Positions 32,056-43,898 are shown, counted from the stretch's first letter. The stretch is DNA of 64,000 nt from Sedimentisphaerales bacterium (GCA_963708075.1 OY970194.1:4320001-4384000); one strand, 5' to 3'. The notes: generated by a model not told the origin, from the sequence alone. A program made the numbers and translations.

Positions 32056-35000
32056 TCACGCACAGGTCTTCCTCAGCTTCCAGCCCGCAACACCAAGGCC
32101 CAGGAAACCTAACAGACAAGCGCCTGGAACGGGGACAACGTTCTCGGCCTGGACGTACAGTCCCCCGCCCTGTTGAAACACGTCGAATTGGAAGCCCGCA
32201 GGACCCCCGAAGAACTCATAGGAGAACAAGGACGTGGACAGAAACTCGGGGTTGCCTTCCACACTCAGGAATAGCAGCGCCAGACTCTGCCCGGGATCGA
32301 TATCCGCGAAAATGTCGTAGCCCGGGAGGAAGGAGAAGTGGACATCGCCGCCCGCCGGCAAAAGACTTGTGGCCGACATAAGACCTGTGGCCTCTGCGCT
32401 GCTGGTCAGGGTGCCCGTGATGCTGAGGGAATCGAAGAACCCCGTGGTGAATCCACCGATCTCGATCTCCAAAATGCCGGAATTCAACTGAACGAAATCG
32501 CCGGTGAGGGTGGTGTTGGCGAAATTCCCCAGGCCCCCGGGCGAGAGGATTCCGGAATTGGTCAAGGTGCCGCCCGCGCCCAGGTCGATGGTGAGTCCCG
32601 AGTCGAACCTTGCGCCGGAATAGTTATGGAAGGCGTTGGTCCCACCGCCTGACTCAACCGTGCCGGCAACTGTGCCGTAGTTGTGAATGGTTCGATTGCC
32701 GCTGCCTCCGACGATCGCTTTGCCGCTCAGGGCGGAAATACTGCCCCCGGCCGCGTTGGTCAGGGTGTTGTTGGCTCCGCCATCGATATTGACGCCCGCG
32801 CCGTCGGCCGAGCCACCCTGGACGATGCCGCCGTTGTTGATGGTGATATTTCCATTGCCGCCCCCACCCACGCTTTGAGCATAGATGCCATGGGACTTCG
32901 CGCCATAGGCCCTGATGTCGCCGGCCAGCGTGACGGTGACCGGCCCGGCCGCACCAGTACCTGCGGCGCTCTGGGCGAAGATGCCATGGGACATCTCGCC
33001 GGTTGTCGTGATGGCGCCTGTGTTCGTGTTCGTGACGCTGACCGCGCCCGCCGAGCCGCTGCCACCGGCGCTACCGGCAAAGGCTGTGCCAAAGCCCGCG
33101 TTCTCCACGAAGACACCTGTGGCTTGGAGGTTGAGGTCCAGTTCGCTGGTGCCGCCGCTCTCACTGATTCCCCCGAATCCGCCCCCGCCGCCGATGCTCT
33201 GGGCGAGGATCCCGTGTGCGAACCCGCCGTGAGTGACGATGTCGGCACTGTTCTCCACCGTGACCGCATCGCCATTGCCGGCGCCGGCACTGGCCCCCTT
33301 CAACAACGTGGAGGATTGCTCCCCACCGGCCAGAACAAGTGAGGACGTGGCTATGGACCCGTTGGTTCCGCCGCCTCCCCCGATGCTCTGCGCCAGGATT
33401 CCGTTGGCGAAATGGCCCCCGGTGGTGATGTCGCCGCCGTTGCTGTTGGTCACGGTGACAACGCCACCCGCTCCCCCCAGGCCACCGAGGCCACCCAAGG
33501 AAAAGCTGCCGCCGGAAAAATCAAAGTCCACTGACGTGTCAGGGATCGCTGTGATGTCAAGGGTCATGAGGCTGCCGCCGGCCCCGCCGCCGCCGCCCAC
33601 ACTCTGCGCCAGGATGCCGTTGGCGAAATGGCCCGCCGTAGTGATGGCGCCGCCGTTGGATACGTCGACGCCGCCACCTGCTCCCCCATTACTACCGAAC
33701 CCGCCGACCGCCAGAGTGATCGAAGGATCGATGGCGGAGAGGAGACCCAGCGATGGAACCCCGCTCAACTCGGTGGCGATTTTCGTGCGCTCGCCGCCGG
33801 CCCCGCCCCCGCCGCCAATGCTCTGCGCCAGGATTCCGCTGGCGAAATGGCCCACCGTAGTGATGCCGGCGCTATTGTCCACGGTAACTCCGCCACCGGC
33901 TCCCCCCTTACCGCCAAACCCACCGACCGAGATGTCCCACGAAGCGGTCGTAGGGGCGAGAAGCTCTCCCACAAGATCCGCACTCAGGTCCGTGGTCATC
34001 TTCGTACTGTCACCGCCGGTCCCGCCGCCGCCACCTACGCTCTGCGCCAGAATTCCGTTGGCAAAGGCGCCCTCCGTGACGATAGCACCGGAGTTGTGGA
34101 CGATAACAGAGCCGCCGTTGTTGGGTATGGAGGATCCACCCGTGTAGGCGAAGCCGCCCACCGAAACATCGGCCTCCACGCCTATGCTGGGCAGCGGATT
34201 GAGACTAAGTCCGAAGGTCTCTTCCGTGCTGTTACCGGCGGCCCCGCCGCCGCCGCCCACGCTCTGGGCCAGGATCCCATTCGCGAAGTCGCCCTTCGTG
34301 CTGATAGCGCCCGTGCTATCGACGTCCACCAGTCCGCCGGCCCCCCCGGCGGAGCTTGCGCCCCCAACTCCGACAGTGATCGTCGCCGCACGAGGCATGA
34401 GGTCCTCCGGGCTGATGCCCGTCGGGACATCGATGGCGGCCATCAAAAAGCTGCTGTTGCCCCCGGCCCCGCCGCCGCCCCCGATGCTCTGGGCCAGAAT
34501 CCCGTGCGAAAAATCGCCTTGGGTCTCAATGACGCCGTCGCTGTCCACATCGACATCAGCCCCGTTGCCCGCGACGCCGGCTTTGCCGCCCAGGGCTACG
34601 TTTGCCACAATGTCGGTACCGAAGGCGAGGAGGCCCGCCATGCTGCTTCCCCCATCACCGCCGCCGCCGCCCACACTCTGCGCCAGGATGCCATAGGAAC
34701 GGAGCGCAGCGGTGCTGATGTCGCCTGTGCTCAGAATGGTGACCTTGTCGGCGCTGCCACCGGAGCCGCCGCTGGCGCCCATGGTCAGCCCGGCGGTGAG
34801 GGTCGGCATGTTTGTCAGGCCCAAGCCAAGATTAGCGGTCCATGTAACAGCGTTTCCCCCGGAACCGCCGCCGCCCCCGACGCTCTGGCCGTGGAGCCCG
34901 TGGGCATTCTCCCCCAGCGTAGTGACCTGGGCGTTGCTCGTGAGGTTGACAGTACCGCCATCACCGCCGTCGCCGCCCTGCCCGCCCAGCGCCACATTGA

Positions 35001-37376
35001 CCGTGTAGTCCACTCCACCGGTGTAGCTGACGACACTGCCGCCGTTGCCGCCGCCACCACCGATGCTCTGAGCGAAGAGGCCCTCGGCCTCGTTCCCCTG
35101 CGTGGTGATGGTGCTGTTGCTGGTGACGTTGACAGCGCCACCGTTGCCGCCCGCGCCGCCATTGCTGCCGATCGCGACACCGACGAAGAGTTGCTTGCTC
35201 TCGACGATTTTGCCCGTGCCACCTCCTCCGCCCACGCTCTGGGCGTGGATTCCGTATGAGCCAACACCTTCGGTGCTGATCGTAGCGGTGGCTCCGGTGA
35301 TAACGTTGACCTGGCCGCCGTCACCGCCACCCCCGCTGGCGCCCACCAGCCAGTCGAGCCAGTCAGGCAAGCCAGCGGCCTCGGCAACGATGTCGGCTTC
35401 ACTGGCGGAAACGGTAAGTTCTTCGACAACGGGAGTAGCAAAACCCGTGAAAGACCAGCCACTGCGTCCGCCGCCGCCGCCGAGACTTTGAGCGAGGATG
35501 CCGCTGGCATCGTCACCGGAAGTCTGCAGATGGCCGCCGTTGTTGACTGTGACTGTGCTGCTGCTGCCGCCGGCGCCACCACTGCCCCCGATGGACCCAA
35601 AGAAGTCTACGTTGATACTGCCGGCGCCTTCGAGGATCCCGCCCCCGCCGCCGAGACTCTGGGCGAAGATGCTGTCCGAGCTGTGGCCGGTCGTCGTGAT
35701 TTGCCCGTCGTTGATGACGGTAACGACGCCGCCATTGCCGCTGCTGTTTCCGCTGCCCCCGAGGGCCACAAGCCCGGTGGAAATACCACCAGATCCGCCG
35801 CCGCCGCCGATGCTCTGAGCCGCAAGCCCCAGGGCGTCGACGCCGAAAGTCTGAAGCGCGCCCGTGTTTGTGACCGTGACGGTACCCCCGTTGCCCGCCG
35901 CGGAACCCGTGCCCCCCACGCTAACTCCCCCCGAGGCGTAGCCTGCATCGCCGCCGCCGCCGCCGATGCTCTGGGCCAATATACTGAAGGAGCCGGCGCC
36001 TGTCGCCGTGATGGCTCCGCTGTTTTCCACCGTGACGAGTACGCCGTTACCGCTGCTTGTTCCGCTGCCGCCCCAACCGACCACACCACTGCCGGAGCCA
36101 CCAGTACCGCCGAAGCCCCCTACGCTCTGGGCGAGAATGCCGCGCGTAGCCAAACCGGTAGCCGTGATAGTCGCGGTATTCTCGATATCTACGGTGCCGG
36201 CTGAACCACCGCCCAGAGCGTTGCCTCCCACGCCGACTACACTGCTGCCGGACCCACCATTGCCGCCGATACCGCCGAGGCTCTGCCCGAGGATCCCGGC
36301 GGTGAAACCCTGGGTCTGACTACCGTCCATGGTGCTGGTGATTGTGATGCTACCATGATTGTCGATGTCCACCGGACCAGCGGCGCCCCCCGACCGCCGT
36401 CACCGCCCTTGCCATAAGAAAGGACGGAAACGCCGGAACCGCCATCCCCGCCGGTGCCGCCGCTGCTCCCGGCGGCGACCCCGAACGTGAAAATACCGTC
36501 GGCCTGGATGCTGCCGTCGTTGGTGACAATCACCGTGCCGCCATCGCCCCCGGCTCCACCCTGACCGCCGTAGGCGTTGCCACCCGTGTGGGCTGAGCCA
36601 CCGACGCCGCCATTACCGCCCCCACTTGTGGCGAGGATGCCGGCAGAAAACACACCGCCGGTGTTGATATGGCCGTCATTGTGGACAGTCACCGGGCGAC
36701 CCGAGCCGCCGGCCCCGCCCGCGCCGCCGGTGGCCGCTATCGCAGCGTCGGTCGCGCCGCCGGCGCCGCCGGTGCCGCCCGCACTCACAGCCCAGATGCC
36801 CAGAGCAAAAAAGCCGCCGGTGGCGTGGATGCCGCCGTTGCTGGTGACAGTCACCGGCATACCCAAGCCCCCGTACCCGCCTGCACCACCCCAGGCCGAC
36901 GCAAGGCCCGAGTTGGCGTAGCCGCCGGCGCCGCCGGTGCCGCCCTCGCTCCGTGCGTAGATACCGCCGGCAACTATGCCAGACGAGAAGATCTCAAACT
37001 CGCCGCCGGTGAAGTTTACGGTGGGACCCACCAATGTCGACCCGATCACTTCACCGCCGAGACCACCCGCACCACCATTCCCACCGCGAGCGTTGAACAT
37101 ATTACGCGATTCGGGGCCAGCCGCGCCGTCACCGGCCTCGCGCACTAGTGCGATGCCGAAATCATCGGCGATTGTTCCGATGTTCGTGGTAAGATCGTAG
37201 ACGTTAACCGTGTAGATCGGCGGACAGGAAAAATCGAAGCCGCTACGAATGCCGCCGGATTGATCGCCGGAGAAGTAAGCTACCGATCCGCTCACAGAAG
37301 TAGGCCCGCCGAACGCCTGCGGGCTCACGGCCAGAAGGATAGTCAGCGATGCGACGAGGTGTTTCTGCAACCTCAT
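32056..37376 (-). CDS. ~1770-aa Gly-rich repeat surface protein with PEP-CTERM-like sorting tail; frameshift in the G6 run at 36386-36391
   Basis: Signal peptide MRLQKHLVAS…; about 20 GI-x-AQS(V/I)GGGGG repeats; C-terminal VPVPGACLLGFLGLGVAGWKLRK. Confidence 0.85.
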
Positions 37377-37625
37377 GATTCTCACCTTCCCCAAAGATCC
37401 CGGAACTTACCAATCGCCAACTTGGCGTTACGGAACGCGCCCGCTCAGAGGCGACGGAATCCGCACGCACACCGCACCATCCTGGGATGAGATCGCTGAG
37501 GGAGAAAAGGGAAAGAGCCCTTCTCCCTGGATCGAACGTCAGATAGTACTGGGGGGCCTCCTCCCTGGGGCCTCTCTCCGGGACGCATGCCGACTACCTA
37601 TACCCACCACCGTCCCATAATTATA

Positions 37626-37653
37626 AGTCTACAGGCAGGCAGTGGGATGTCAA
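37626..37653 (-). promoter_or_regulatory. Candidate sigma70 promoter of the Gly-rich protein gene
   Basis: TTGACA-N16-TAGACT, with TATAAT immediately downstream. Confidence 0.5.
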
Positions 37654-37743
37654 CAGAATTGCCCCGAGAAGAGAGGGAAAGGGTGCGGTCGGCATTCGGT
37701 GGCAGATTCGGATTCCACCCGACGCAAGAGCGCAGCCCAGTCT

Positions 37744-38025
37744 TCTTTCGCCCCTGCGGGGCTTTGAGATAGGATTGACTATCGTACCCACCGTTGAAAC
37801 GGTGGGCTAGTGTCGATCGCCCCCGTGGGGCGGACGGGCCGACGCAAGAGGACTGGAGCGAAGTCCAAGCCCGCAGGGCGATAGAGAATAGCCTTCAATT
37901 TGACAGGACCACAAAGCTCAGCCATGGCGCAGTCCAAGCCCGCAGGGCGATAGAGAATAGCCCAGCGATTGATCGCTGGGGAACCGGGGCCGAGGACAAA
38001 AGCCAGTCCCGTAAGGGACGAAAGA
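37744..38025. repeat. Composite palindromic repeat (multi-hairpin REP-like family D)
   Basis: TCTTTCG(C/T)CCC termini in inverted orientation; hairpins CCCACCGTTGAAACGGTGGG and CCCAGCGATTGATCGCTGGG; 32-bp direct repeat at 37862 and 37931. Confidence 0.75.
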
Positions 38026-38138
38026 GGCGCAGTCCGCACACGGCGGCTACACGCCGCCACCGAATTCCGACCACACCCGAGGGAAATGGGCAAGTATCTC
38101 CGTGGCCACCGGGGTCTGCGATGTCGCGACCCGGACAC

Positions 38139-39536
38139 TTACTGAGGTAATCCCTTCAGTTGGACCGGTTTACGGCCGTCGGGCTTGGGGACGAACATGT
38201 CGGCGGCGGTCAGGCCGAGACGCCTGGCCATGAGCCGGCTGTAGGCCAGGTCGCCCAAGTCGTCTCTGCCGCCGTTGTTCGTGCCGAAGGAGAACTTGGC
38301 GCCGGCCGCTTTGGCCTTGCGGAGGAACTTCTCGCTGGGCAGCTTGTACCGGGCGTTGATCTCGATAGCGACGCCGCTCCTCACAGCCGCCTCGATCACG
38401 CGGTCCATCCGCGCATCGGTCCAGAGTGTGTCGTATTCCTTCGCGATTACCTCCGGCAGAAACGTCGGGTTGACGTAGATGTCGATCGGCTCATTGTTCA
38501 GAATGCCGACGGTCTTCTCGACCAGCATGTCCATGAACGCCTGCTTGTCGCCGACCTCGACCTCGTTGGCAATCCACAGGCGGACGCGCTTGCCTCGCTG
38601 GTCGGTGAAGGTCATCGAGTCCGTGAAGACGTAATCGAATTTCGCGATCATCTCCGGCGAGAACATCTTCACCCACTCGCGGCCCTCCGCCTGCATCGCC
38701 TTGTACACGGGCTTGCCCTCGAAGCCGGCGAGGGCCTGCTGCAGCGCCTGGTCGTTGGTGGTCGGGAATCCGACGCCGCAATTGACGGCGACGCCGGCCC
38801 CAATGGCGTGCTCCTTCGCGAACTTCGCAATATCATCGATGGTCAGGCCGCCCTTGGCGTGAAGATGGTAATCCACGATAGGAAACAGCGGCTTGACGCG
38901 GATATTCTTGTAGTACACGATGCTGTTGCGGTCGTGGCCCTGCAGGGCGAACGTCCCGCTGTCGATCACGCGGCCGGGCATGTCCGACGGCGGATTCGCC
39001 GGCTGCGTCTCCGTCCAGTCCACCACCTGCTTGTCATTCACGTTGACCACGACGTGCCTGCCCTGGACGATGACGTGCATGGTGAACCACTCGTTGTCTT
39101 TCACAGGCGACGGGTTGACGTCCTGCATCTTGTACAGGCTGCCGGTCTTGCGGGGATCGCGCTTGTAGCTGTCATTGCACACCTGGACCTCGAAGCCCCT
39201 GGCGGGCCAGTTCCGGTCCTGGTATTGCGTATGAAAGTAGATGCCACCATTGGAGTTCTCCTCGGCCATCACATCGACTTTCAGCTCGAAGTCCCGAAAG
39301 TCGCCGTAATACACCGGCCCAACGTAGAACAGATGGTTCCGCGGTCCGTGCGCGACAATCGCCCCATCTTTGATGGTAAACGTGCCGGCATTCTCTTTCT
39401 CCGCCGCCTTCCAGCCATTGAAGCTCCCGTCGAACAGACTGATCCACCCCTGATCATCGGTCTGCGCCTGTATGGGAATCACGAGAGTGAGCATGACGAC
39501 CCCGATCCAAATCACCAGTGACATCTTCGCTGTCAT
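38139..39536 (-). CDS. Secreted DUF1080 (3-keto-disaccharide hydrolase-like) + PHP-domain fusion
   Basis: GWISLFDG, NGGIYF, GFEVQ and ALQGHD…YKNIRVK, followed by DYHLH and AIEIN…FSFGTN. Confidence 0.85.
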   Translation of the reverse strand: MTAKMSLVIWIGVVMLTLVIPIQAQTDDQGWISLFDGSFNGWKAAEKENAGTFTIKDGAIVAHGPRNHLFYVGPVYYGDFRDFELKVDVMAEENSNGGIYFHTQYQDRNWPARGFEVQVCNDSYKRDPRKTGSLYKMQDVNPSPVKDNEWFTMHVIVQGRHVVVNVNDKQVVDWTETQPANPPSDMPGRVIDSGTFALQGHDRNSIVYYKNIRVKPLFPIVDYHLHAKGGLTIDDIAKFAKEHAIGAGVAVNCGVGFPTTNDQALQQALAGFEGKPVYKAMQAEGREWVKMFSPEMIAKFDYVFTDSMTFTDQRGKRVRLWIANEVEVGDKQAFMDMLVEKTVGILNNEPIDIYVNPTFLPEVIAKEYDTLWTDARMDRVIEAAVRSGVAIEINARYKLPSEKFLRKAKAAGAKFSFGTNNGGRDDLGDLAYSRLMARRLGLTAADMFVPKPDGRKPVQLKGLPQ

Positions 39537-39849
39537 CGTATGATCTCCTTCCGTAGTGACAGAGCCAAGTCAACGAATCCGATGCTCCACGATCAGGCCT
39601 TTCCCTTTCCGCGCCCGCGGGCAAAGGAAACGGCTCTCCTGCCGCGTCCTTTTTGCTGCGTCCGGGCGTTGGCGGCGTTGGCGCGCACGTCATAGCCGGA
39701 CAGTGCCGTTTTCTTCTTGCGATTCTCTTTAGCCATGGGAGCCTCCCACCTGTTCGTCAGGAGCACATTCGAGACATATCGCGCGTTTCATGGGCAGCAA
39801 TTATCCTCCCTCGGGGGAGAGAATGCAACCCTGATTGAGGACGTGCAAC

Positions 39850-39889
39850 GGGTGGCAACGAGAGGCCAAAGTGCCTTTCGCTGCCACCC
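39850..39889. repeat. GGGTGGCA-ended REP-like hairpin (may act as a terminator)
   Basis: GGGTGGCAACGAGAGGC…GCCTTTCGCTGCCACCC. Confidence 0.6.
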
Positions 39890-39924
39890 GTCAGTGTTTG
39901 CGGAACTTCTACACGAGTTCTATG

Positions 39925-41208
39925 TCATGCTTCTTTGCCCGGGATGGCGGGGACGTCGTCCTTCGGGGCGACCACTTCGCCCTTTTCGAAATCCTCTGCC
40001 GTGGGTTTGAGCGTCAGGTTGTACCACGGAGACTTCTCGTTCTCGACGATGTCCTTCCACACGACCATCTTGCCGGTGTAGGCCGAGATGCGGCTCATGA
40101 TCGCGGTGAGCGTGGACTCCGCGACGTTGCGGGCCTCGTTGAGGGGCTTTTCCTGCATGATGCTGGTGAGCAGGTCGATGTGCTCCTGCACGTAGGGGTC
40201 GCGGTCGGGGAACTGGGGCACGGCGATTTCCTTGCCGCCCTTGAGGCCGCCCCCGCCGCCGGTCTCGCCCTCGGTGCCGCGGAAGAACTCGCGGACATCG
40301 CCGTCGGTGCCGTTGATCTGACGGCACATGCTATGGATGTGGCAGCCGTCGGTGTAATCCAGATCGACGCTGAAGAAGTCGAACTGATTTCCGGTCTTGC
40401 GGCGTGCACGGCCGCCGAAGCCGAGCGCCCGGGCGGGCGGATGGCCGACGTACCAGTTGGCGATATCGATGTTGTGGACATGCTGCTCGACGATGTGGTC
40501 GCCGGACATTTCCGTGAAGCTGACCCAGTTGCGAATCATGTAGTCGGCGTCGCTCTCATTGGGCTTCTTCGTCTGATACCAGAGAGCGCCGCCGCACCAC
40601 CAGATGGCCCCGCCGGCGATTTTTCCGATGGCGCCGCGCTCCACGGCATACTGGGTTCTGAGATAGCCTGCCTCGTGCCGGCGCTGTGTGCCGGCGACGA
40701 CGGCCAGCCCCTTCTGCTTGGCCGCTTCACCGGCGGCGATGACCCTCCGGCCTCCCGGCGGGTCCACAGCCACGGGCTTCTCCATGAACACGTGCTTGCC
40801 CGCGTTGATGGCCGCCTCGAAATGCACCGGCCGGAAATTCGGCGAGGTGGCAATAAGGATCACGTCGGCGTCGGTTTCCAGCAGCTTCTTGTAGGCGGTG
40901 GCTCCGCTGAAACACTTGGCCGCCGGCAAATTGTATCTCTTGCCGGTTCCTTCGGCCCTATCCTTGAACCAATCGGCGGTCCCGACCAGCTCCAACTCCA
41001 CGTCCATGATCTTGGCGCCCGCCATGCAGTTGTCCAGGGCGCCGTTTCCCCGGCCGCCGCAGCCGATCAGGCCGACCCGGAACTTGCGTTTCGCCTGCCC
41101 GGCAAACATCACGTTCTTGCCGGCCAGCACTGCCGCCATGCCCGCTGCTGACGTCTTGATGAAATCCCTACGAGAGACACCGGGTTTCTCAGTTGATCTC
41201 TGCTTCAT
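39925..41208 (-). CDS. Tat-exported Gfo/Idh/MocA oxidoreductase
   Basis: SRRDFIK, GLIGCGGRG, HVFMEKP and EQHVHNID. Confidence 0.92.
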   Translation of the reverse strand: MKQRSTEKPGVSRRDFIKTSAAGMAAVLAGKNVMFAGQAKRKFRVGLIGCGGRGNGALDNCMAGAKIMDVELELVGTADWFKDRAEGTGKRYNLPAAKCFSGATAYKKLLETDADVILIATSPNFRPVHFEAAINAGKHVFMEKPVAVDPPGGRRVIAAGEAAKQKGLAVVAGTQRRHEAGYLRTQYAVERGAIGKIAGGAIWWCGGALWYQTKKPNESDADYMIRNWVSFTEMSGDHIVEQHVHNIDIANWYVGHPPARALGFGGRARRKTGNQFDFFSVDLDYTDGCHIHSMCRQINGTDGDVREFFRGTEGETGGGGGLKGGKEIAVPQFPDRDPYVQEHIDLLTSIMQEKPLNEARNVAESTLTAIMSRISAYTGKMVVWKDIVENEKSPWYNLTLKPTAEDFEKGEVVAPKDDVPAIPGKEA

Positions 41209-41244
41209 GGGTCATTCCTTTCCAAAGAGTTCCGACAAATGCTT

Positions 41245-42207
41245 TCAGACGGCGAAGTCATCGCAGGCCCGATAGGCCTCGATCACCGCCCGTTCGCCCT
41301 CCTTGCCTCGAATGCTCTTGCCGTGCTCCATGCACAGCACACCCTGATAGCCCTTCTTGTGCAGATGTTTGAAGATGTTCTTATAATTGATCTCGCCGGT
41401 GCCCGGCTCGTTGCGGCCGGGATTGTCCCCCAGGTGGAACGCGGCGATCTCGCTCCAGGCCTTGTCGATGTTCGGGATCAGATTGCCCTCGGTGATCTGC
41501 TGGTGGTACAGGTCATTGACGATCTTGCAGGATGGACTGTTGACCGCCCGGCAGATTTCGTAGGCCTGAGGGATCTTCTGCAGGAACAGGCCCGGATGGT
41601 TGGCCCACCAATTCAGCGGCTCGATGACAATGACCATGCTCGCCGGCTCGGCGACCTCGACGCACCGGCGCAGGTTGTCGATCAGGTTGGCCGTCTGGTA
41701 GTCCCACTCCATTCGCTGGCTGCACAGACCCGGGGCGATGAGCGCCCACTTGGCGTTGGCCCGCTTGCAGGTCTCCACGGCCTGTTTCGTCCGCTCGACA
41801 ATGTCCTTGCGTGCCTCCTCGTCCTGCGTCACCAGCGTGGCCTTGCCGAACTCGGCGTACATGACGAACGGTCCGATCATAATGCCCAGCCGGTCCGCCT
41901 CCTTGCCGATCTTCTCCTGCAGTTCCGGGGGCTTGCCCATCAGCCCGTTATCGAACATGCCGGTGAAACCCTCGTCGGCCATGAACTTCAGGTTGTCGAT
42001 GGGGTCGTTGCCGGCATGCTGACGGAATGCACCCAGGTCGGGTCCATATCTGAGCTTGAACTTCTTGGGCGACTTGTCCGCCTCGCCGGCCCCGGCCACG
42101 GATTGCACGGCAGAGACTGCCATCGCTGCTGCGGCGGCCCCGGAAAGAAAATGGCGGCGGGAAACGCGTTCCATGCGCCGCTCAGAGGATTCCTGCTGAT
42201 TCTTCAT
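41245..42207 (-). CDS. Tat-exported xylose-isomerase-like TIM-barrel protein (hydroxypyruvate isomerase family)
   Basis: SRRHFL, IEPLN, DLYHQQ and DNPGRNEPGTGEINY. Confidence 0.9.
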   Translation of the reverse strand: MKNQQESSERRMERVSRRHFLSGAAAAAMAVSAVQSVAGAGEADKSPKKFKLRYGPDLGAFRQHAGNDPIDNLKFMADEGFTGMFDNGLMGKPPELQEKIGKEADRLGIMIGPFVMYAEFGKATLVTQDEEARKDIVERTKQAVETCKRANAKWALIAPGLCSQRMEWDYQTANLIDNLRRCVEVAEPASMVIVIEPLNWWANHPGLFLQKIPQAYEICRAVNSPSCKIVNDLYHQQITEGNLIPNIDKAWSEIAAFHLGDNPGRNEPGTGEINYKNIFKHLHKKGYQGVLCMEHGKSIRGKEGERAVIEAYRACDDFAV

Positions 42208-42364
42208 TTAGTGCTCCTATGATCTGTTCCTGAATTGCTCCACTCCTCCATGCGTCTCAACACGAGCTCTGGCTGCTCCCGCCATCAAAGATCGCCGTTC
42301 GGCGCACCCGACTCGGACGCGCCGAACAGCGTCACAGGCACGATTGACAGCCCGCCTCAGGCGG

Positions 42365-43537
42365 CTACTTCTTCATGGGCATCCACTTCTGCTTGCTCTT
42401 GGAGCTGGCGACGACGGTCTCGATGAAGAGCATGCCTCGTACGCCGGAATTCACGTTCGGGAAGTCCAGGGCCAGCTCGCTCGGCTTCTCGCCGGCGATA
42501 TGGCACTTCACAGTCTCGGCGAAATTCATGTAGTTGTTGGCGAAGGCTTCGAGGAAGGCTTCGGGGTGGCCGGAGGGCAGGCGGGTGCCGCGACCGGCGC
42601 CGGCGCTGTAGGCGCCGACGTAGCCGTTGCCCCTCTTCCAGACCTCTTCCGGCTTGTCCATCCGACGCACGTACAGGTAGTTCGGGTGTTCCTGGTGCCA
42701 TTCCAGGCTGGCCTTTTCGCCATGGACCCAGATGGCCAGGTTGTTCTCCTCGCCGATGGCGATCTGGGTGGCGTGCAGGACGCCGCTGGCGCCGTTGTCG
42801 AACTTCAGGAGGCAATTGCAGTCGTCATCGAGCGGCCGTCCGGGGACGAACGTGGACAGGTTGGCGCAAATCTGGGCGATCTTCAGCCCGCTGATGTACT
42901 CGGCCAGGTTGGCCGCGTGCGTGCCGATATCGCCGACGCAGCCGCCGGCGCCGCTCTGCTTCGGGTCGGTCCGCCAGCTTGCCTGCATCTGCCCGGTCTT
43001 CTCCAGGGCCGTCGCCAGCCAGCCCTGCGGGTACTGGACGACGATCTTGCGGATGTTGCCCACGTCGCCCTTGCGGACCATGTCACGGGCCAGCTTGACC
43101 ATGGGATAGCCCGTATAGTTGTGCATCAGACCAAATACCAGGCCCTTCTTCTGGACCAGCTTCTGCAACTCCTTGGCCTCCTTGGAGGTAAGAGTCATCG
43201 GCTTTTCGCACATGACGTGGAACCCGGCCTTGAGGAAGTCCCGGGCGATCGGGAAGTGCCAGTTGTTGGGCGTAGTCACGGAGACAAAGTCAACGCGCTC
43301 TCCAACCGGTAGCGCCAGTTCCGCTTTGATCATCTCATCATAGGCGCTGTATACGCGATTGGGATTCAGGGCCAGGTGCTTGCCCATTTCCTTGGACTTC
43401 GCGGGATTGATATCGAACGCTCCGGCCACAAGCTCGATCTCCCCATCCAGACGCGAGGCCTTGCGATGGACCTCGCCGATGAATGCCCCCGGGCCCCCGC
43501 CGATCAAACCCATTCTCAACTTCCGGTCGAGTTTCAT
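42365..43537 (-). CDS. Cytoplasmic Gfo/Idh/MocA oxidoreductase
   Basis: GLIGGGPGAFIG, TPNNWH, CEKP and GDIGTH; AAAGGAG RBS. Confidence 0.92.
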   Translation of the reverse strand: MKLDRKLRMGLIGGGPGAFIGEVHRKASRLDGEIELVAGAFDINPAKSKEMGKHLALNPNRVYSAYDEMIKAELALPVGERVDFVSVTTPNNWHFPIARDFLKAGFHVMCEKPMTLTSKEAKELQKLVQKKGLVFGLMHNYTGYPMVKLARDMVRKGDVGNIRKIVVQYPQGWLATALEKTGQMQASWRTDPKQSGAGGCVGDIGTHAANLAEYISGLKIAQICANLSTFVPGRPLDDDCNCLLKFDNGASGVLHATQIAIGEENNLAIWVHGEKASLEWHQEHPNYLYVRRMDKPEEVWKRGNGYVGAYSAGAGRGTRLPSGHPEAFLEAFANNYMNFAETVKCHIAGEKPSELALDFPNVNSGVRGMLFIETVVASSKSKQKWMPMKK

Positions 43538-43803
43538 ACCTGCTCCTTTCAAATCAGCATTGCTTTATGGACGAAGATTGTTCGATGCATCTGTTCAAGG
43601 GACTCGTACCCCCAAACGCGTTGCCTCCTACACGCAAATCCTCACCAATTATAGGGACCGACGCCCGCAACGCAACCTAAAAAGGCCGCTTCTATGCAGG
43701 CGGAGCGGTCTCTGGCCGCCCAATATACTGCGTGACAGGCCCACCCGCAAGCCCCTCCTGAAAGTCACAATTACCCCATTTCCGGGCCCCCGCCCCCGGC
43801 TTC

Positions 43804-43882
43804 GGGTGCCATGTCCACGCTCGCGTGGACATGCCTCATCTCACAAGGGACACATGCTTACGCAAGCCTAAGCATGCCACCC
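43804..43882. repeat. REP-doublet family B
   Basis: Homolog of 12860 in inverted orientation. Confidence 0.85.
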
Positions 43883-43898
43883 GGCACACAGCTTGGAC

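Noticed and set aside
37377..37620. Riboswitch in the leader of the Gly-rich gene
   Set aside because: Hairpins are present but match no riboswitch consensus I can recognise.
37862..37962. 32-bp direct repeat with a 37-bp spacer, CRISPR-like dimensions
   Set aside because: Only two units, no cas genes or leader, and the unit is part of the surrounding REP-like composite.
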